Shown: positions 7,569-17,574 of the stretch, piece by piece
Layout of the letters: every line of letters begins with the position of its first letter
Numbering within the stretch: the stretch's first letter is position 1
Assembly (NCBI GenBank): GCA_016930485.1
Contig: JAFGGP010000041.1
Location: forward strand, 4,005 to 68,004
DNA length: 64,000 nucleotides
Direction of reading: 5' to 3'
From: Candidatus Omnitrophota bacterium
GTDB lineage: Bacteria; Omnitrophota; Gorgyraeia; JAFGGP01
Position numbers and translations under genes: made by a program
The notes under the pieces: generated by a model
Told to the model about the DNA's origin: nothing
Databases searched by the model: none
Seen by the model: only the letters and a program-made list of their open reading frames with translations

Positions 7569-8483
7569 TTATTTAAATAGATACAACAGAATCGCCTTTT
7601 GTACATGCATCCTGTTCTCTGCCTGATCGAATACGATCGACCGGGGCCCCTCGAGGACCTCGTCGGTAATCTCCTCGTTCCGGTGCGCAGGCAGACAGTG
7701 CATGACGCAGCAGGTATCCTTCGCAAGGGAAAGAAGCGCCCTGTCCACCTGAAATCCCGCAAAGTCCCTCAATCGTCTCTCCCGCTCGGCCTCCTGCCCC
7801 ATACTCACCCAGACATCGGTATAGAGAACATCGGCCCCGCGGGCGGCCTGGTGCGGGTCGGTAACAAACTGTATCTGAGCGCCCGAAGAGGAGGCGTATC
7901 CAAGGGCCTCCTTGACAATCTCCTCATCGGGTCTGTACTTTTGAGGTGTGGCAACGGTCAGTGCCAAACCCAGTTTGCCAACGGCAAAAAGAAGCGAATG
8001 AAGGACGTTATTGCCGTCACCGACAAAGGCGATCTTTGCCGATGCGAGGTCTCTCTTTTTTTCCTGCATGGTAAAGATATCGCTCAGGGCCTGGCACGGA
8101 TGCAGCCTGTTACTCAGGCCGTTAATCACCGACATCCGGCTATGCCGCGCAAACTCTATGATGGTCTCGTGCTCGTAGGTCCTCAGGATGACACCGTTCA
8201 GGTACCGTTCAAGTGTCCGGGCGACATCCCGCACATCCTCCCGCACCCCCAGCCCCACGTCTTGGGGTGCCAGATAAAAAGAAGCGCCGCCAAGCTGGCT
8301 GATACCCACCTGAAAAGAGACGCGCGTCCGCGTCGACGGCTTCTCAAAGACAAGGGCAAAACTCTTCATTGCCAGGGAATCGGCGAACACACCGGGTGAT
8401 GCCTTTATCTTCCCTGCCAGCTCGAGCATCTCCCGTAGCTCATCGGCGGTCATATCCGCCAGAGAGATAAAATCCTTTTTCAT
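7569..8483 (-). CDS. argF: ornithine carbamoyltransferase
   Basis: 304 aa with STRTR and HCLP motifs. Confidence 0.9.
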   Translation of the reverse strand: MKKDFISLADMTADELREMLELAGKIKASPGVFADSLAMKSFALVFEKPSTRTRVSFQVGISQLGGASFYLAPQDVGLGVREDVRDVARTLERYLNGVILRTYEHETIIEFARHSRMSVINGLSNRLHPCQALSDIFTMQEKKRDLASAKIAFVGDGNNVLHSLLFAVGKLGLALTVATPQKYRPDEEIVKEALGYASSSGAQIQFVTDPHQAARGADVLYTDVWVSMGQEAERERRLRDFAGFQVDRALLSLAKDTCCVMHCLPAHRNEEITDEVLEGPRSIVFDQAENRMHVQKAILLYLFK

Positions 8484-8487
8484 CCGG

Positions 8488-9678
8488 CTAACACCCTTCT
8501 TTTAACACCTCGGTGAGAATATTCACGGCCTCATCTACCTGCGCCCCTGTCACGGTGAGCGCCGGCAGAAGCCTGAGCACGTTCTTCTGTGTACAGTTGA
8601 TGATCAACCCCTTCTCGAGGCAACGGCTGAAGATGGGGTTTCCGTCGACCGTAAGCTCGACGCCCCACATGAGCCCTGCCCCCCTGAGGTCGCTGATGAG
8701 TTCAGGAAATGCGGTCTTCAGGGCGTCCAATCTCTTTTTAAGGTAGCCACCCATCTTCGCGACATTCTCCAAGATATGATCTTTTTCAATCGCCTCAAAC
8801 ACCGCAAGGCCGCAGGCACAGGCCAGCGGATTGCCGCCGAAGGTTGATCCGTGCGCACCGGGGGAGAGTTTTTCAGCAACCTTGTCCTTCACCACCGTCG
8901 CCCCGATCGGGAACCCCCCACCCAATGCCTTGGCAAGTGCCATAATATCCGGTTCGACCCCGGCCAGCTGATAACCAAACAGCTTGCCGGTCCTGCCCAT
9001 ACCGGTCTGCACCTCATCATAGATAAGGAGCAGGTCATGTTTTTCCGCAAGCTGCTTGAGTCCTTCCAGAAAATCGGGTGCGGCTATATTGACACCACCC
9101 TCCCCCTGAATCGGCTCCAGCATAATGCCGACCGTCTTTGGGGTAATCGCATCCTCTACGGCGGCAAGGTCGTTAAACGGGACCGTCACAAACCCCTCCA
9201 GGACAGGCCCGAAACCGTCTCTGACCTTCTGCTGCCCGGTCGCCGCAATCATGCCAAGGGTCCTCCCGTGAAAAGACCGCTCAAAGGTGATGATGTCATA
9301 CCTGCCCTGCGCATCCCCGTAGCGTCTGGCACATTTAACCGCGGCCTCGTTGGCCTCTGCGCCGCTATTTGAGAAAAAGACCTTGCCCGGAAAGCTCGAC
9401 TCAACGATTCGTTCGGCAAGCGCTCCCTGCAGCGCCGTGTAGTAAGTATTCGGCACATGAAGCAGGACATCCGCCTGCGCCTTCAGCGCGCTCACCACCC
9501 GTCTGTGGCAGTGCCCTAAACTGCTCACCGCCCAGCCGGGAAAGAAATCAAGATACCGATTTCCCCTCTCATCCCACAGATACATGCCCTTGCCGCGCTC
9601 GATGGTAACGCCGTACCATCCATAGGTGGGGAGGACAAATTCCTTGTAGAGCCGGGGGGCATCCTGTGTTATCTTCAT
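8488..9678 (-). CDS. argD: acetylornithine aminotransferase
   Basis: Class-III aminotransferase. Start trimmed to MKITQDAPRLYKEF (ATG at 9678, one base after the argB stop codon). Confidence 0.9.
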   Translation of the reverse strand: MKITQDAPRLYKEFVLPTYGWYGVTIERGKGMYLWDERGNRYLDFFPGWAVSSLGHCHRRVVSALKAQADVLLHVPNTYYTALQGALAERIVESSFPGKVFFSNSGAEANEAAVKCARRYGDAQGRYDIITFERSFHGRTLGMIAATGQQKVRDGFGPVLEGFVTVPFNDLAAVEDAITPKTVGIMLEPIQGEGGVNIAAPDFLEGLKQLAEKHDLLLIYDEVQTGMGRTGKLFGYQLAGVEPDIMALAKALGGGFPIGATVVKDKVAEKLSPGAHGSTFGGNPLACACGLAVFEAIEKDHILENVAKMGGYLKKRLDALKTAFPELISDLRGAGLMWGVELTVDGNPIFSRCLEKGLIINCTQKNVLRLLPALTVTGAQVDEAVNILTEVLKEGC

Positions 9679-9679
9679 A

Positions 9680-10558
9680 TCACTTCTCCTCGGGGGTCCG
9701 CACAATCTCGGTTCCGACACCTTTATCCGTGAAGATCTCCAGCAAGAGCGAATGAAGCAGCCTGCCGTCGATGATGTGGGTCTTGCGCACTTCACCCTCC
9801 AGTGCCCGGAAACACGCCCGCACCTTGGGGATCATCCCCTGCTGGATAATCTTTCGGGCAATCAACTGTTCAGCCTCGGTCGTATTCAGAGTGGAGATCA
9901 GCGTTTCGCTGTCGCCAGGGTCCCGCATGATTCCCTTTACATCCGTCAAGAGCACCAGTTTCTCGGCCTTCAGGTAATAGGCGACCTCCGAGGCGGCGTC
10001 GTCCGCATTGACGTTGTAGAGGGCGCCTGTCTCGTCGACCCCGATAGGCACTATCACCGGTATCGCATGTTCGTTAATGATCTCTTTAATCGGACCGGTG
10101 TCAATGGCGACGATTTTCCCGACATACCCCAGATCGATCTTTTTGTTCGGCTTGTATTTTCTTACCTTAATAAAGGGGAGATCGATTTTTGCGGTGCCCT
10201 TGGCAGAGACCCCGAGACGCTTAAGGCGGTGAACAAGTTCGGTGTTGATCTCGGTGAGGGCCTCGGCAACGATTTCCATAGCCTTCTTGTCGGTCACCCG
10301 GATACCGTCTATGAATTCAGGCCGGTAGCCGGCCTGCCGCATCTTCTCGCTGATAAAAGGCCCGCCGCCGTGCACCAGAACGGGCCTCATCCTGACCGAA
10401 TACATAAACTCGATATCCTGCAGGATAATCTTCCGCTTGTCGACATCGGTCATCGCGCTCCCGCCGTACTTAATAACGACGATCTTGTTGCGAAACGACC
10501 GTATATACGGCAGGGCCTCGATTAAGACGTCCGCTTTTCTGATTGCCTCTTCAACCAT
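9680..10558 (-). CDS. argB: acetylglutamate kinase
   Basis: Start trimmed to MVEEAIRKADVLIEALPYIRSF. Carries the KYGGSAM motif. Confidence 0.9.
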   Translation of the reverse strand: MVEEAIRKADVLIEALPYIRSFRNKIVVIKYGGSAMTDVDKRKIILQDIEFMYSVRMRPVLVHGGGPFISEKMRQAGYRPEFIDGIRVTDKKAMEIVAEALTEINTELVHRLKRLGVSAKGTAKIDLPFIKVRKYKPNKKIDLGYVGKIVAIDTGPIKEIINEHAIPVIVPIGVDETGALYNVNADDAASEVAYYLKAEKLVLLTDVKGIMRDPGDSETLISTLNTTEAEQLIARKIIQQGMIPKVRACFRALEGEVRKTHIIDGRLLHSLLLEIFTDKGVGTEIVRTPEEK

Positions 10559-10580
10559 AACATATAACCTCAACTTTATA

Positions 10581-10702
10581 AATGTCAAAATCCAAATTCC
10601 AAAACCCAAATAAAATCCACATAACCCAAAAAAGCTTTTTATAGTGTATTTGTCATTTGGGATTAAGTGATTTATTTGAAATGTGACATTTGGAATTTGT
10701 CA
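10581..10702. repeat. long imperfect inverted repeat built from CCAAAT / ATTTGG words
   Basis: The left arm (10581-10633) is rich in (t/c)ccaaa(t/a) units and the right arm (10647-10702) in atttgg/atttgtcatt. It shares 9-10-mers with 15145-15297. Confidence 0.65.
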
Positions 10703-11947
10703 TTAATATTTCTTGTTAATAGCGATATATCCCTCTGAGAGATCGCAGGTCCAGATCGTCCGGGTGTATCGCCCCTTGCCGAGATCTGCCATAATACCTA
10801 TCCGATAGCCCTTCATAATTCGCTCAAGCTTCTCCCCGGAAATCCACCCGGGTCTCCCTTTGTCAAACACGATCAGCGGAACCGGCCTGGGTTGCTGTGT
10901 TCGCAGGGAAACAGAGGCCGGCGTATAAAAACCGATGCTCACGCACCGGGGGTCGACCGTCCTGTTGATCGCACCGATTGCCTGAGCGATTCTTCCCCAG
11001 TTCGGATTACCCGCACCGCAGGCGGTCTTGATGAGCGGCGAGTTTGCCAGCTCGCGCGCCGTCTTATCCGCCTGGCCGGTCGTGCCGGCGCCGGTAACGG
11101 TGACCTCGATAAATCGGCTGGCACCCTCACCGTCTTCCACGATCAGCGCGGCCATCTTCCGGGTAAGATACCCGAGCGCCTCCCGCACGGGCCCCAGCTG
11201 TGAGCCCTTCAGCATCTCAGAATTGCGGGCCGCCTTTCCGTTCGCCAGCAAAAGCACCATATCGTTGGTGCTCATCTGTCCGTCGATGGTAATCCTGTTG
11301 AAACTCGTCTCAACGACTTCCTTAAGCAACTTCTGCGCATCCCTCCGTGCGAGGGGCGCGTCGGTAAGAATAAAGCAGAGCATCGTCGCCATATCCGGCT
11401 GAATCATACCGGCCCCCTTTGCGAAGGCGGTAATGGTATACACAGCCCCGTCTATCGTACACCTGAGCGTGACTACCTTGCGGACCGTATCGGTTGTCAG
11501 AATGGCATCGGCGCACGCATAGAGCTCTTCGCGGCTAAGTCCCTCAATAAGGGTCCCCAGGGCAGCGGTAATCGTGCTAACGGGCAGGCGCACACCGATC
11601 TTGCCGGTCGAGCCCATCAGCACCGACTGCTCAGGAATGCGCAGTGCGCGCGCGAGCCTCATCGTGACTGTCCGGGCATCCTTTAATCCACTGGCACCGG
11701 TCGCACAGTTTGCGTTGCCGCTATTAATCACGAGTGCCCGGACGGGCCCCTTTCCGATCCTCTGCTGATTTAAAACCACCGGGGCAGCCCTCATCGCGTT
11801 TCTGGTGAAGACACCGGCACAGAGGGCCGGGACCTCGGATACGATAAGCCCCAGGTCCTTTCTGCCGCTCTTTTTAAGCCCGGCGCTTATCCCCGAGACC
11901 AGAAAGCCCTTTGGCACTATATGCTTCTTTAACTCGGTAATGTTCAT
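10703..11947 (-). CDS. argJ: bifunctional ornithine acetyltransferase / N-acetylglutamate synthase
   Basis: 414 aa with the ArgJ autoprocessing region (MATMLCFILTDA). Confidence 0.9.
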   Translation of the reverse strand: MNITELKKHIVPKGFLVSGISAGLKKSGRKDLGLIVSEVPALCAGVFTRNAMRAAPVVLNQQRIGKGPVRALVINSGNANCATGASGLKDARTVTMRLARALRIPEQSVLMGSTGKIGVRLPVSTITAALGTLIEGLSREELYACADAILTTDTVRKVVTLRCTIDGAVYTITAFAKGAGMIQPDMATMLCFILTDAPLARRDAQKLLKEVVETSFNRITIDGQMSTNDMVLLLANGKAARNSEMLKGSQLGPVREALGYLTRKMAALIVEDGEGASRFIEVTVTGAGTTGQADKTARELANSPLIKTACGAGNPNWGRIAQAIGAINRTVDPRCVSIGFYTPASVSLRTQQPRPVPLIVFDKGRPGWISGEKLERIMKGYRIGIMADLGKGRYTRTIWTCDLSEGYIAINKKY

Positions 11948-11974
11948 CTGTCAGGTGTCCTGTGTTACGTAATG

Positions 11975-12997
11975 TTACATCAAACCGGTGGTTTCATTAA
12001 GGCCACACATGATATTGCAATTCTGCAGCGCCTGACCGCTTGCCCCTTTTATCAGATTGTCGATCGCCGCAACCACAACTGCGACATGGTTGGCGGCGTC
12101 AAGCCGCACGGCAATCTCGCAGATATTCGTCGAGCAAACCTCTTTTACCCTCGGCAGCCTGTCTCCTCCAAGCACCCTGACAAACGGCTCATTTTTATAA
12201 CAGCTCTCATAGAGCGCGATCAACTCCCTCTCCTTTACCGACGGGGCCACCGGCACATACAGCGTCGTTAAAATACCCCTGTCAAGAGGGGCGATGTGAG
12301 GGACAAAAATAAGCCGGACAGGCGCGTCACCCAGCCGGCCGAGTTCCTGGACAATCTCCGGTGTGTGCTGGTGATTAAGCAGCCGGTATGCCCTGAGGTC
12401 ACCGCTTGCCTCAGAAAAATGAAACGGGAGTGCCGCCTTTCTCCCGGCCCCGGTAATACCGGTAATCGCGCTGGCTATCAGAGGGCCGTCTCCCAGCAAT
12501 CCTCCTTTTACCAGAGGCCCCGCCCCCAGGATGACACTCGTCGGATAGCATCCGGGGTTTGCCACAAGCGTGGCCGTGCGTATCTCGTCCCGGTGGAACT
12601 CGGGCAGTCCGTAGACCGCCTTCTCCAGTAAGGACTCCTGGGTATGATTCACCCCGTAGTATTCCCTGTAGAGGGCCGTATCCCTGAGTCTGAAATCAGC
12701 GCTGAGATCAACCACTTTTTTACCCCTCGCAAGAAAAAAGGGTGCGATCGTGAGCGAGACCGTATGGGGTAGCGCCAGAAAGACGATGTCGCAACAGGAG
12801 GCAACATCACCGAGCTCCATGAGGCTGCAGGTAAGACTGGTCAGTCCCGAAACCCGAGGAAAGAGTTCTGCCATCGAGACCGGCTTATCGACCATGGCCG
12901 AAAGCGCGGTTACCTCAATCTCAGGGTGCCTGAGAAGAAGATACAACAACTCCTCACCGGTATATCCTGTCGCGCCAATAAGTCCTGCCTGTATCAT
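11975..12997 (-). CDS. argC: N-acetyl-gamma-glutamyl-phosphate reductase
   Basis: 340 aa with GATGYTG and NPGCYPT motifs. Confidence 0.9.
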   Translation of the reverse strand: MIQAGLIGATGYTGEELLYLLLRHPEIEVTALSAMVDKPVSMAELFPRVSGLTSLTCSLMELGDVASCCDIVFLALPHTVSLTIAPFFLARGKKVVDLSADFRLRDTALYREYYGVNHTQESLLEKAVYGLPEFHRDEIRTATLVANPGCYPTSVILGAGPLVKGGLLGDGPLIASAITGITGAGRKAALPFHFSEASGDLRAYRLLNHQHTPEIVQELGRLGDAPVRLIFVPHIAPLDRGILTTLYVPVAPSVKERELIALYESCYKNEPFVRVLGGDRLPRVKEVCSTNICEIAVRLDAANHVAVVVAAIDNLIKGASGQALQNCNIMCGLNETTGLM

Positions 12998-13074
12998 GAC
13001 CTCTCCTGTTTAGATGACTATAGTAAGTGTATAAGGTGACTGTCCATACAAGGGAAGGAAAATGACGTTCTTTT

Positions 13075-13103
13075 AGTATAATCCAATTCCCTCAGTATAG
13101 CAA
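13075..13103 (-). promoter_or_regulatory. candidate sigma70-type promoter for argC operon (TTGCTA-17-TATACT)
   Basis: On the minus strand, -35 is at 13098-13103 and -10 at 13075-13080 with a 17-nt spacer. It lies ~77 nt upstream of the argC ATG. Confidence 0.3.
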
Positions 13104-13188
13104 ATAAAAGTTTTCCCCGTGCCTCACCCGGAGAGACTCGCCGCATGCCCTGTGCACCGTACTCAACTGGCGCACTGTCTCATACAAT

Positions 13189-13213
13189 AAAAAACCCCGT
13201 TGTTATAACGGGG
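13189..13213 (-). terminator. Rho-independent terminator after rplM-rpsI
   Basis: Minus strand: CCCCGTT-ATAAC-AACGGGG followed by TTTTTT, starting 45 nt downstream of the rpsI stop. Confidence 0.6.
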
Positions 13214-13257
13214 TCCGCTTTAAGGATGTGATCGCTATCGTTATGAGATAATGCTGA

Positions 13258-13665
13258 TTATCTCTTTGAGAACTGGAACTGTTTGCGCGCCTTCTTCCTT
13301 CCGTACTTCTTCCTTTCCTTCATGCGGGGGTCCCGGGTCAACAGTCCTTTTTTACGCAATACGCCCCGGAACGAATCGTCAACCCGCAGGAGTGCCCGTG
13401 CGATGCCGTGACAAATAGCGCCCGCCTGACCGGTGATACCGCCACCCTTCACGAATGTCTTTACGTCAAACTTCCCGGCGGTACCCGTGGTTTTAAACGG
13501 TTCCTTGATCAGGGAGACATGGTCGTCCCGCGTAAAGTACTCTTCAAGCGGTCTGCCGTTGACCTTGATGTCGCCGCTACCCTTATGCAAATATACCCGG
13601 GCAACAGCCTCTTTTCTCCGCCCTGTGCCGTAGTGCCGTTCTGTGTCCGGTGTCGCCTTTACCAT
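13258..13665 (-). CDS. rpsI: 30S ribosomal protein S9
   Basis: 135 aa with [12 protein letters not shown] and a C-terminal ...[12 protein letters not shown]. Confidence 0.95.
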   Translation of the reverse strand: MVKATPDTERHYGTGRRKEAVARVYLHKGSGDIKVNGRPLEEYFTRDDHVSLIKEPFKTTGTAGKFDVKTFVKGGGITGQAGAICHGIARALLRVDDSFRGVLRKKGLLTRDPRMKERKKYGRKKARKQFQFSKR

Positions 13666-13675
13666 GATTTTCCCC

Positions 13676-14107
13676 TTATACCGCTATAGCCTCGGGCATC
13701 TGAGCCTCATGCAGATGCTCGTTGCCCGCGTAGACCTTGAGTTTTTTTATCATAGCCCTGCCGAGCCGTCCCTTGGGTAACATCCCCTGGACGGCATGCA
13801 TAACAACCTGCGTCGGGTCCTTTTTCATGACCTCATCAAAGGTCCGCTGCTTTAACCCGCTCGGGTATCCGGAGTAGCGCCGGTAAAGCTTCTGTTCCCG
13901 TTTCTTTCCTGTCACTACCACACCACCGGCATTAATGATAATAACAAAGTCACCGGTATCGACATGCGGGGTAAAGAGCGTCTTGTGTTTCCCCCTCAGG
14001 ATGCCGGCGGCCCTTGCGGCAACCCGGCCAAGGATCTGCCCGGAGGCATCGAGAAGATACCACTTCTGGACTACATCTGCTTTTTTTGCAAAATAGGTGC
14101 TCTTCAC
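13676..14107 (-). CDS. rplM: 50S ribosomal protein L13
   Basis: Start trimmed to the GTG at 14107 ((M)[20 protein letters not shown]) with AGAAGG 8 nt upstream. The 181-aa track ORF is over-extended. Confidence 0.9.
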   Translation of the reverse strand: MKSTYFAKKADVVQKWYLLDASGQILGRVAARAAGILRGKHKTLFTPHVDTGDFVIIINAGGVVVTGKKREQKLYRRYSGYPSGLKQRTFDEVMKKDPTQVVMHAVQGMLPKGRLGRAMIKKLKVYAGNEHLHEAQMPEAIAV

Positions 14108-14241
14108 TGTGCCTGCCTTCTCTTTAGAAAAGGGCGGGTCTTCTTTTTCCGGAAATGCCACCCTTCTATCGCCTAACCGTCTCTCATGATGTGTGATATT
14201 ATTATCGGAGGTGCCCAACAACCTTTATTCAATGGGGTTAA

Positions 14242-14270
14242 AGTGTAGCAGATAAAATAAGTACTGTCAA
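14242..14270 (-). promoter_or_regulatory. candidate promoter for rplM-rpsI (TTGACA-17-TACACT)
   Basis: Minus strand: -35 at 14265-14270, -10 at 14242-14247, exact 17-nt spacer. Confidence 0.35.
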
Positions 14271-14392
14271 GAAGCAAAATAGGGCTATAGCGGCAGGCCC
14301 CCTCTTACACTCTGAACAGGTAAAAAAGAGAGGTAGGAATCAGCAACAAACGGGACAACATAGATATCGGATATGATTTATCTTTATCTATA

Positions 14393-15127
14393 TCAATAGG
14401 TTACATGCAGCAATGAAAGGCCACAGGCCGGGGCGGTCGGCCCGGCAAGCGCGCGGTTCTTTGCCTTAAGAAGAAACGACATGTATCCTGGTTTAAACCG
14501 GCCCCTGCCGATCTCGACCAGTGTCCCTACGATGTTCCGCACCATATGATACAGAAAACCATCGGCCTCAATCTCGAAAAGCAACTCTTCCCCTCTGCGC
14601 CGCAGGGAAATATCGATAATCCGCCTGGTGCTCGAGCGCTCTTTCTTATCGGCTGCCTGGAAGGAACGAAAGTCGTGACGCCCTAAAAGAGCGGGGAGTT
14701 CGCGTCGCATCAGCGCCACATTCAGCCGGTAGGGACAGTGCCAGGAGAAACGTGCCACAAGCGGGGAGCGCGCGGGCCGTTGCAGAATCCGGTACTGATA
14801 ACGCTTTGACCGGGCCGAAATGCGTGCGTGAAATGAACTCTTCACCTCTTCGGCGCACACCACCGCAACAGAGTCCGGGAGATATGCATTGATCCCCAGT
14901 ACGATATTGCGCGCCGGCAGATGAGACAGGGTCTTAAAGTGTGCCGATTGCCCTTTTGCATGAACGCCGCTATCGGTACGCGCCGCCCCTGTCAGCCGGG
15001 TCTCTCTCGAGGTAAGTCGGGCAATAGCCCCTTCGAGCACATGCTGGACAGTGGGTCCTTTTTTCTGGATCTGCCAGCCGAGAAAATCTGTGCCATCGTA
15101 TTCTATGGTGAGCTTGATGGTACGCAT
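14393..15127 (-). CDS. truA: tRNA pseudouridine38-40 synthase
   Basis: 244 aa with TIEYDGTDFLGWQ and the catalytic GAARTDSGVHA. Confidence 0.9.
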   Translation of the reverse strand: MRTIKLTIEYDGTDFLGWQIQKKGPTVQHVLEGAIARLTSRETRLTGAARTDSGVHAKGQSAHFKTLSHLPARNIVLGINAYLPDSVAVVCAEEVKSSFHARISARSKRYQYRILQRPARSPLVARFSWHCPYRLNVALMRRELPALLGRHDFRSFQAADKKERSSTRRIIDISLRRRGEELLFEIEADGFLYHMVRNIVGTLVEIGRGRFKPGYMSFLLKAKNRALAGPTAPACGLSLLHVTY

Positions 15128-15144
15128 GAGTTTTGGCGGTTGAC

Positions 15145-15297
15145 TGTCAAAATCAAAATGCCAAAATCCAAATGAATCTTCTAAAATGCCAAATCCAAAT
15201 TAAAATCTTGGGGGAACTCATTGGTCATTTGGATTTGAGTGATTCATTTGTCATTTGCCTGCCAGCCTCCTGGCAGGGGCATTTGTCATTGGGAATG
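15145..15297. repeat. second CCAAAT / ATTTGG inverted array, with embedded GC hairpin 15258-15277
   Basis: aaatccaaat (x2), gtcatttgg and atttgtcatt (x2) are shared with 10581-10702. Embedded hairpin is CCTGCCAG-cctc-CTGGCAGG. Confidence 0.65.
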
Positions 15298-15317
15298 TGA
15301 GAGTTAATGCTAGCGCC

Positions 15318-16391
15318 TTACCTTTTGAGAAGAAGCTCTGCGATCTGAATCGCGTTGAGGGCGGCGCCCTTGCGTAGATTGTCGGCGACGACCCACAGGT
15401 TGAGCCCGTTTTGAATGCTGGGGTCCCTGCGTATCCTGCCGACATACACCGGATCCCTGCCTCCTGCAAAAAGCGGCAGCGGATACACCCTGTCCTTGGG
15501 GGTATCGACCAGCTCTACGCCCGGTGCCTGTGCGAGTATGGCACGCGCCCGGTCGGCCGCAAGCGGTTTCCTGGTCTGGATATTGACCGTCTCGGAATGC
15601 GCCCAGAAAACCGGCACCCTCACGCAGGTCGCCGAGACTTGTATCGAGTCGTCCTCCATAATCTTCTTGGTCTCGTAGACCATCTTCAGCTCTTCCTGGG
15701 TATAGTCATCCTCTCCTTGAAAAGAACCGATATGGGGTATCAGATTGCTGCAGATCGGATAGGGAAATACGGTCTCGCTCTTATTCGCCTCGTATATCTT
15801 GCCCAGCAGCTCCTCGATATCGGTATCGATCTGCCAGGCCCCTTCGTGAAAGTGCGCGGCAAGACCCTTTATCTCCTGCTCAAGCTGATAGACGGCCTTT
15901 GCGCCGGCCCCTGAGACAGACTGGTAACTCGAGACCACTATCCGGACAATACCGGCGGCGTCATAGAGGGGTTTGAGCGCAACCACCATCTGAATCGTTG
16001 AGCAGTTCGGGTTTGCGATAATGCCCTTGTGGGCATAGGCCGCGTGTGGGTTGACCTCAGGCACCACCAGCGGCACCGCAGGGTCCATCCGGAAGGCACT
16101 TGAGTTGTCGATGACCACCGCCCCTTCACCCGCCGCCTTCGGTGCATATACCTTGCTCCGTTCGGCACCGGCAGAGAAAAAGGCGATATCAATCCCCTTA
16201 AACGATGCACTCGCGAGATCCTCGACCTCGATCTCCCTGCCGTCAAACATTATTCTTTTTCCCTGCGACCTTGCCGATGCGATACACCGGAGACTGGCAA
16301 TCGGAAAACGTCTCTCTTTCAGTATTGTTAAGAGTGTCGCGCCGACAGCACCGGTCGCACCGACAATGCCGACATGCACCTTTTTATTCAT
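15318..16391 (-). CDS. asd: aspartate-semialdehyde dehydrogenase
   Basis: 357 aa with GATGAVG and NPNCSTI motifs. Confidence 0.9.
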   Translation of the reverse strand: MNKKVHVGIVGATGAVGATLLTILKERRFPIASLRCIASARSQGKRIMFDGREIEVEDLASASFKGIDIAFFSAGAERSKVYAPKAAGEGAVVIDNSSAFRMDPAVPLVVPEVNPHAAYAHKGIIANPNCSTIQMVVALKPLYDAAGIVRIVVSSYQSVSGAGAKAVYQLEQEIKGLAAHFHEGAWQIDTDIEELLGKIYEANKSETVFPYPICSNLIPHIGSFQGEDDYTQEELKMVYETKKIMEDDSIQVSATCVRVPVFWAHSETVNIQTRKPLAADRARAILAQAPGVELVDTPKDRVYPLPLFAGGRDPVYVGRIRRDPSIQNGLNLWVVADNLRKGAALNAIQIAELLLKR

Positions 16392-16397
16392 CGCCTG

Positions 16398-17453
16398 TTA
16401 ACCTCCCAGATATTCAACAACCAGGTCCCCTACCTCACTGGTTGAAAACCCCATCTTTCCCGCGGAAAGACTCTTGAGCCGCTCGGCGGTAACCTTTATA
16501 ACCGCGTTCTCTATCGCCTTGGCGGCCTTGCCCTCCCCCAGGGTCTCCAGCATCATGGCGCCCGCACAGATAGCGGCCAGCGGATTGATAACGCCCTTGC
16601 CCGTATACTTGGGTGCGGAGCCACCGATCGGTTCAAACATGCTGACCCCTTCGGGATTGATGTTGCCTCCTGCCGCGATCCCCATGCCGCCCTGAATCAT
16701 GGCGCCGAGGTCCGTAATAATATCGCCGAACATGTTGGTGGTGACAATCACGTCGAACCACTCGGGGTTCTTTACCATCCACATCGTGGTCGCGTCTACA
16801 TGCGCGTAATCGGTCGTAACGCCGGGATACTCCCTGGCCACCTCCTCAAATGTGCGCTGCCAGAGGTCATGGGCGTACGTCAGCACATTGGTCTTCGCGC
16901 ACAGGGTCAGACGCTTTTTCTTATTGCGCCTCTGTGTATACTCGAAGGCATACCTGATACACCGCTCAACGCCCTTCCGGGTATTAACACTCGTCTGAAT
17001 CGCCACCTCATCGGGCGTGCCCTTCTTGAGAAATCCGCCGACGCCGGCATAGAGGTCCTCGGTATTCTCCCTGACGACAACAAAGTCGATATCGTCAGGG
17101 CCCTTATCCTTAAGCGGCGTCCATACGCCGGGGTACAGTTTTACCGGACGCAGATTGATGTACTGGTCAAGATCGAATCGCATCTTGAGCAGGATGCCTT
17201 TTTCCAGAATGCCGGGTTTGACATCCGGATGGCCGATGGCGCCGAGATATATCGCGTCAAATGTCCTTAATGTATCAACCTCTTCATCGGAAAGGATCTG
17301 GCCGGTCTTGAGGTATCGGTCTCCACCAAAATCAAACGACTCGGTGGTATAGGCAAACTTATGCAGCCTGCCCGCGGCCTTCAGAACCTTTAATCCCTCG
17401 GCAATAACCTCGGGACCGGTCCCGTCCCCGCCAACTACCGCTATTTTATACAC
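16398..17453 (-). CDS. leuB: isopropylmalate/tartrate/isocitrate dehydrogenase family protein (LeuB-like)
   Basis: 351 aa, GTG start, with GDGTGPEV and NLRP...[11 protein letters not shown] motifs. The asd-adjacent position is typical of leuB. Substrate is not resolvable by eye. Confidence 0.65.
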   Translation of the reverse strand: MYKIAVVGGDGTGPEVIAEGLKVLKAAGRLHKFAYTTESFDFGGDRYLKTGQILSDEEVDTLRTFDAIYLGAIGHPDVKPGILEKGILLKMRFDLDQYINLRPVKLYPGVWTPLKDKGPDDIDFVVVRENTEDLYAGVGGFLKKGTPDEVAIQTSVNTRKGVERCIRYAFEYTQRRNKKKRLTLCAKTNVLTYAHDLWQRTFEEVAREYPGVTTDYAHVDATTMWMVKNPEWFDVIVTTNMFGDIITDLGAMIQGGMGIAAGGNINPEGVSMFEPIGGSAPKYTGKGVINPLAAICAGAMMLETLGEGKAAKAIENAVIKVTAERLKSLSAGKMGFSTSEVGDLVVEYLGG

Positions 17454-17481
17454 ACCACACCTCCCCTTCCTTGAGCATGCA

Positions 17482-17567
17482 GCGATTAGCGGCTAGTGTA
17501 TAGTAACAATCAAAATGCGTAAATTGTTATGTTTTTGTCTAATCGCTAACCGCTATACGCTCATCGC
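17482..17567. repeat. heptamer arrays GCGATTA-type (left) and TAATCGC-type (right) around a 7-bp central stem
   Basis: gcgatta gcggcta gtgtata g-TAACAAT...ATTGTTA... taatcgc taaccgc tatacgc tcatcgc. It lies in the punA-leuB spacer. Confidence 0.65.
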
Positions 17568-17574
17568 TAAGAAG

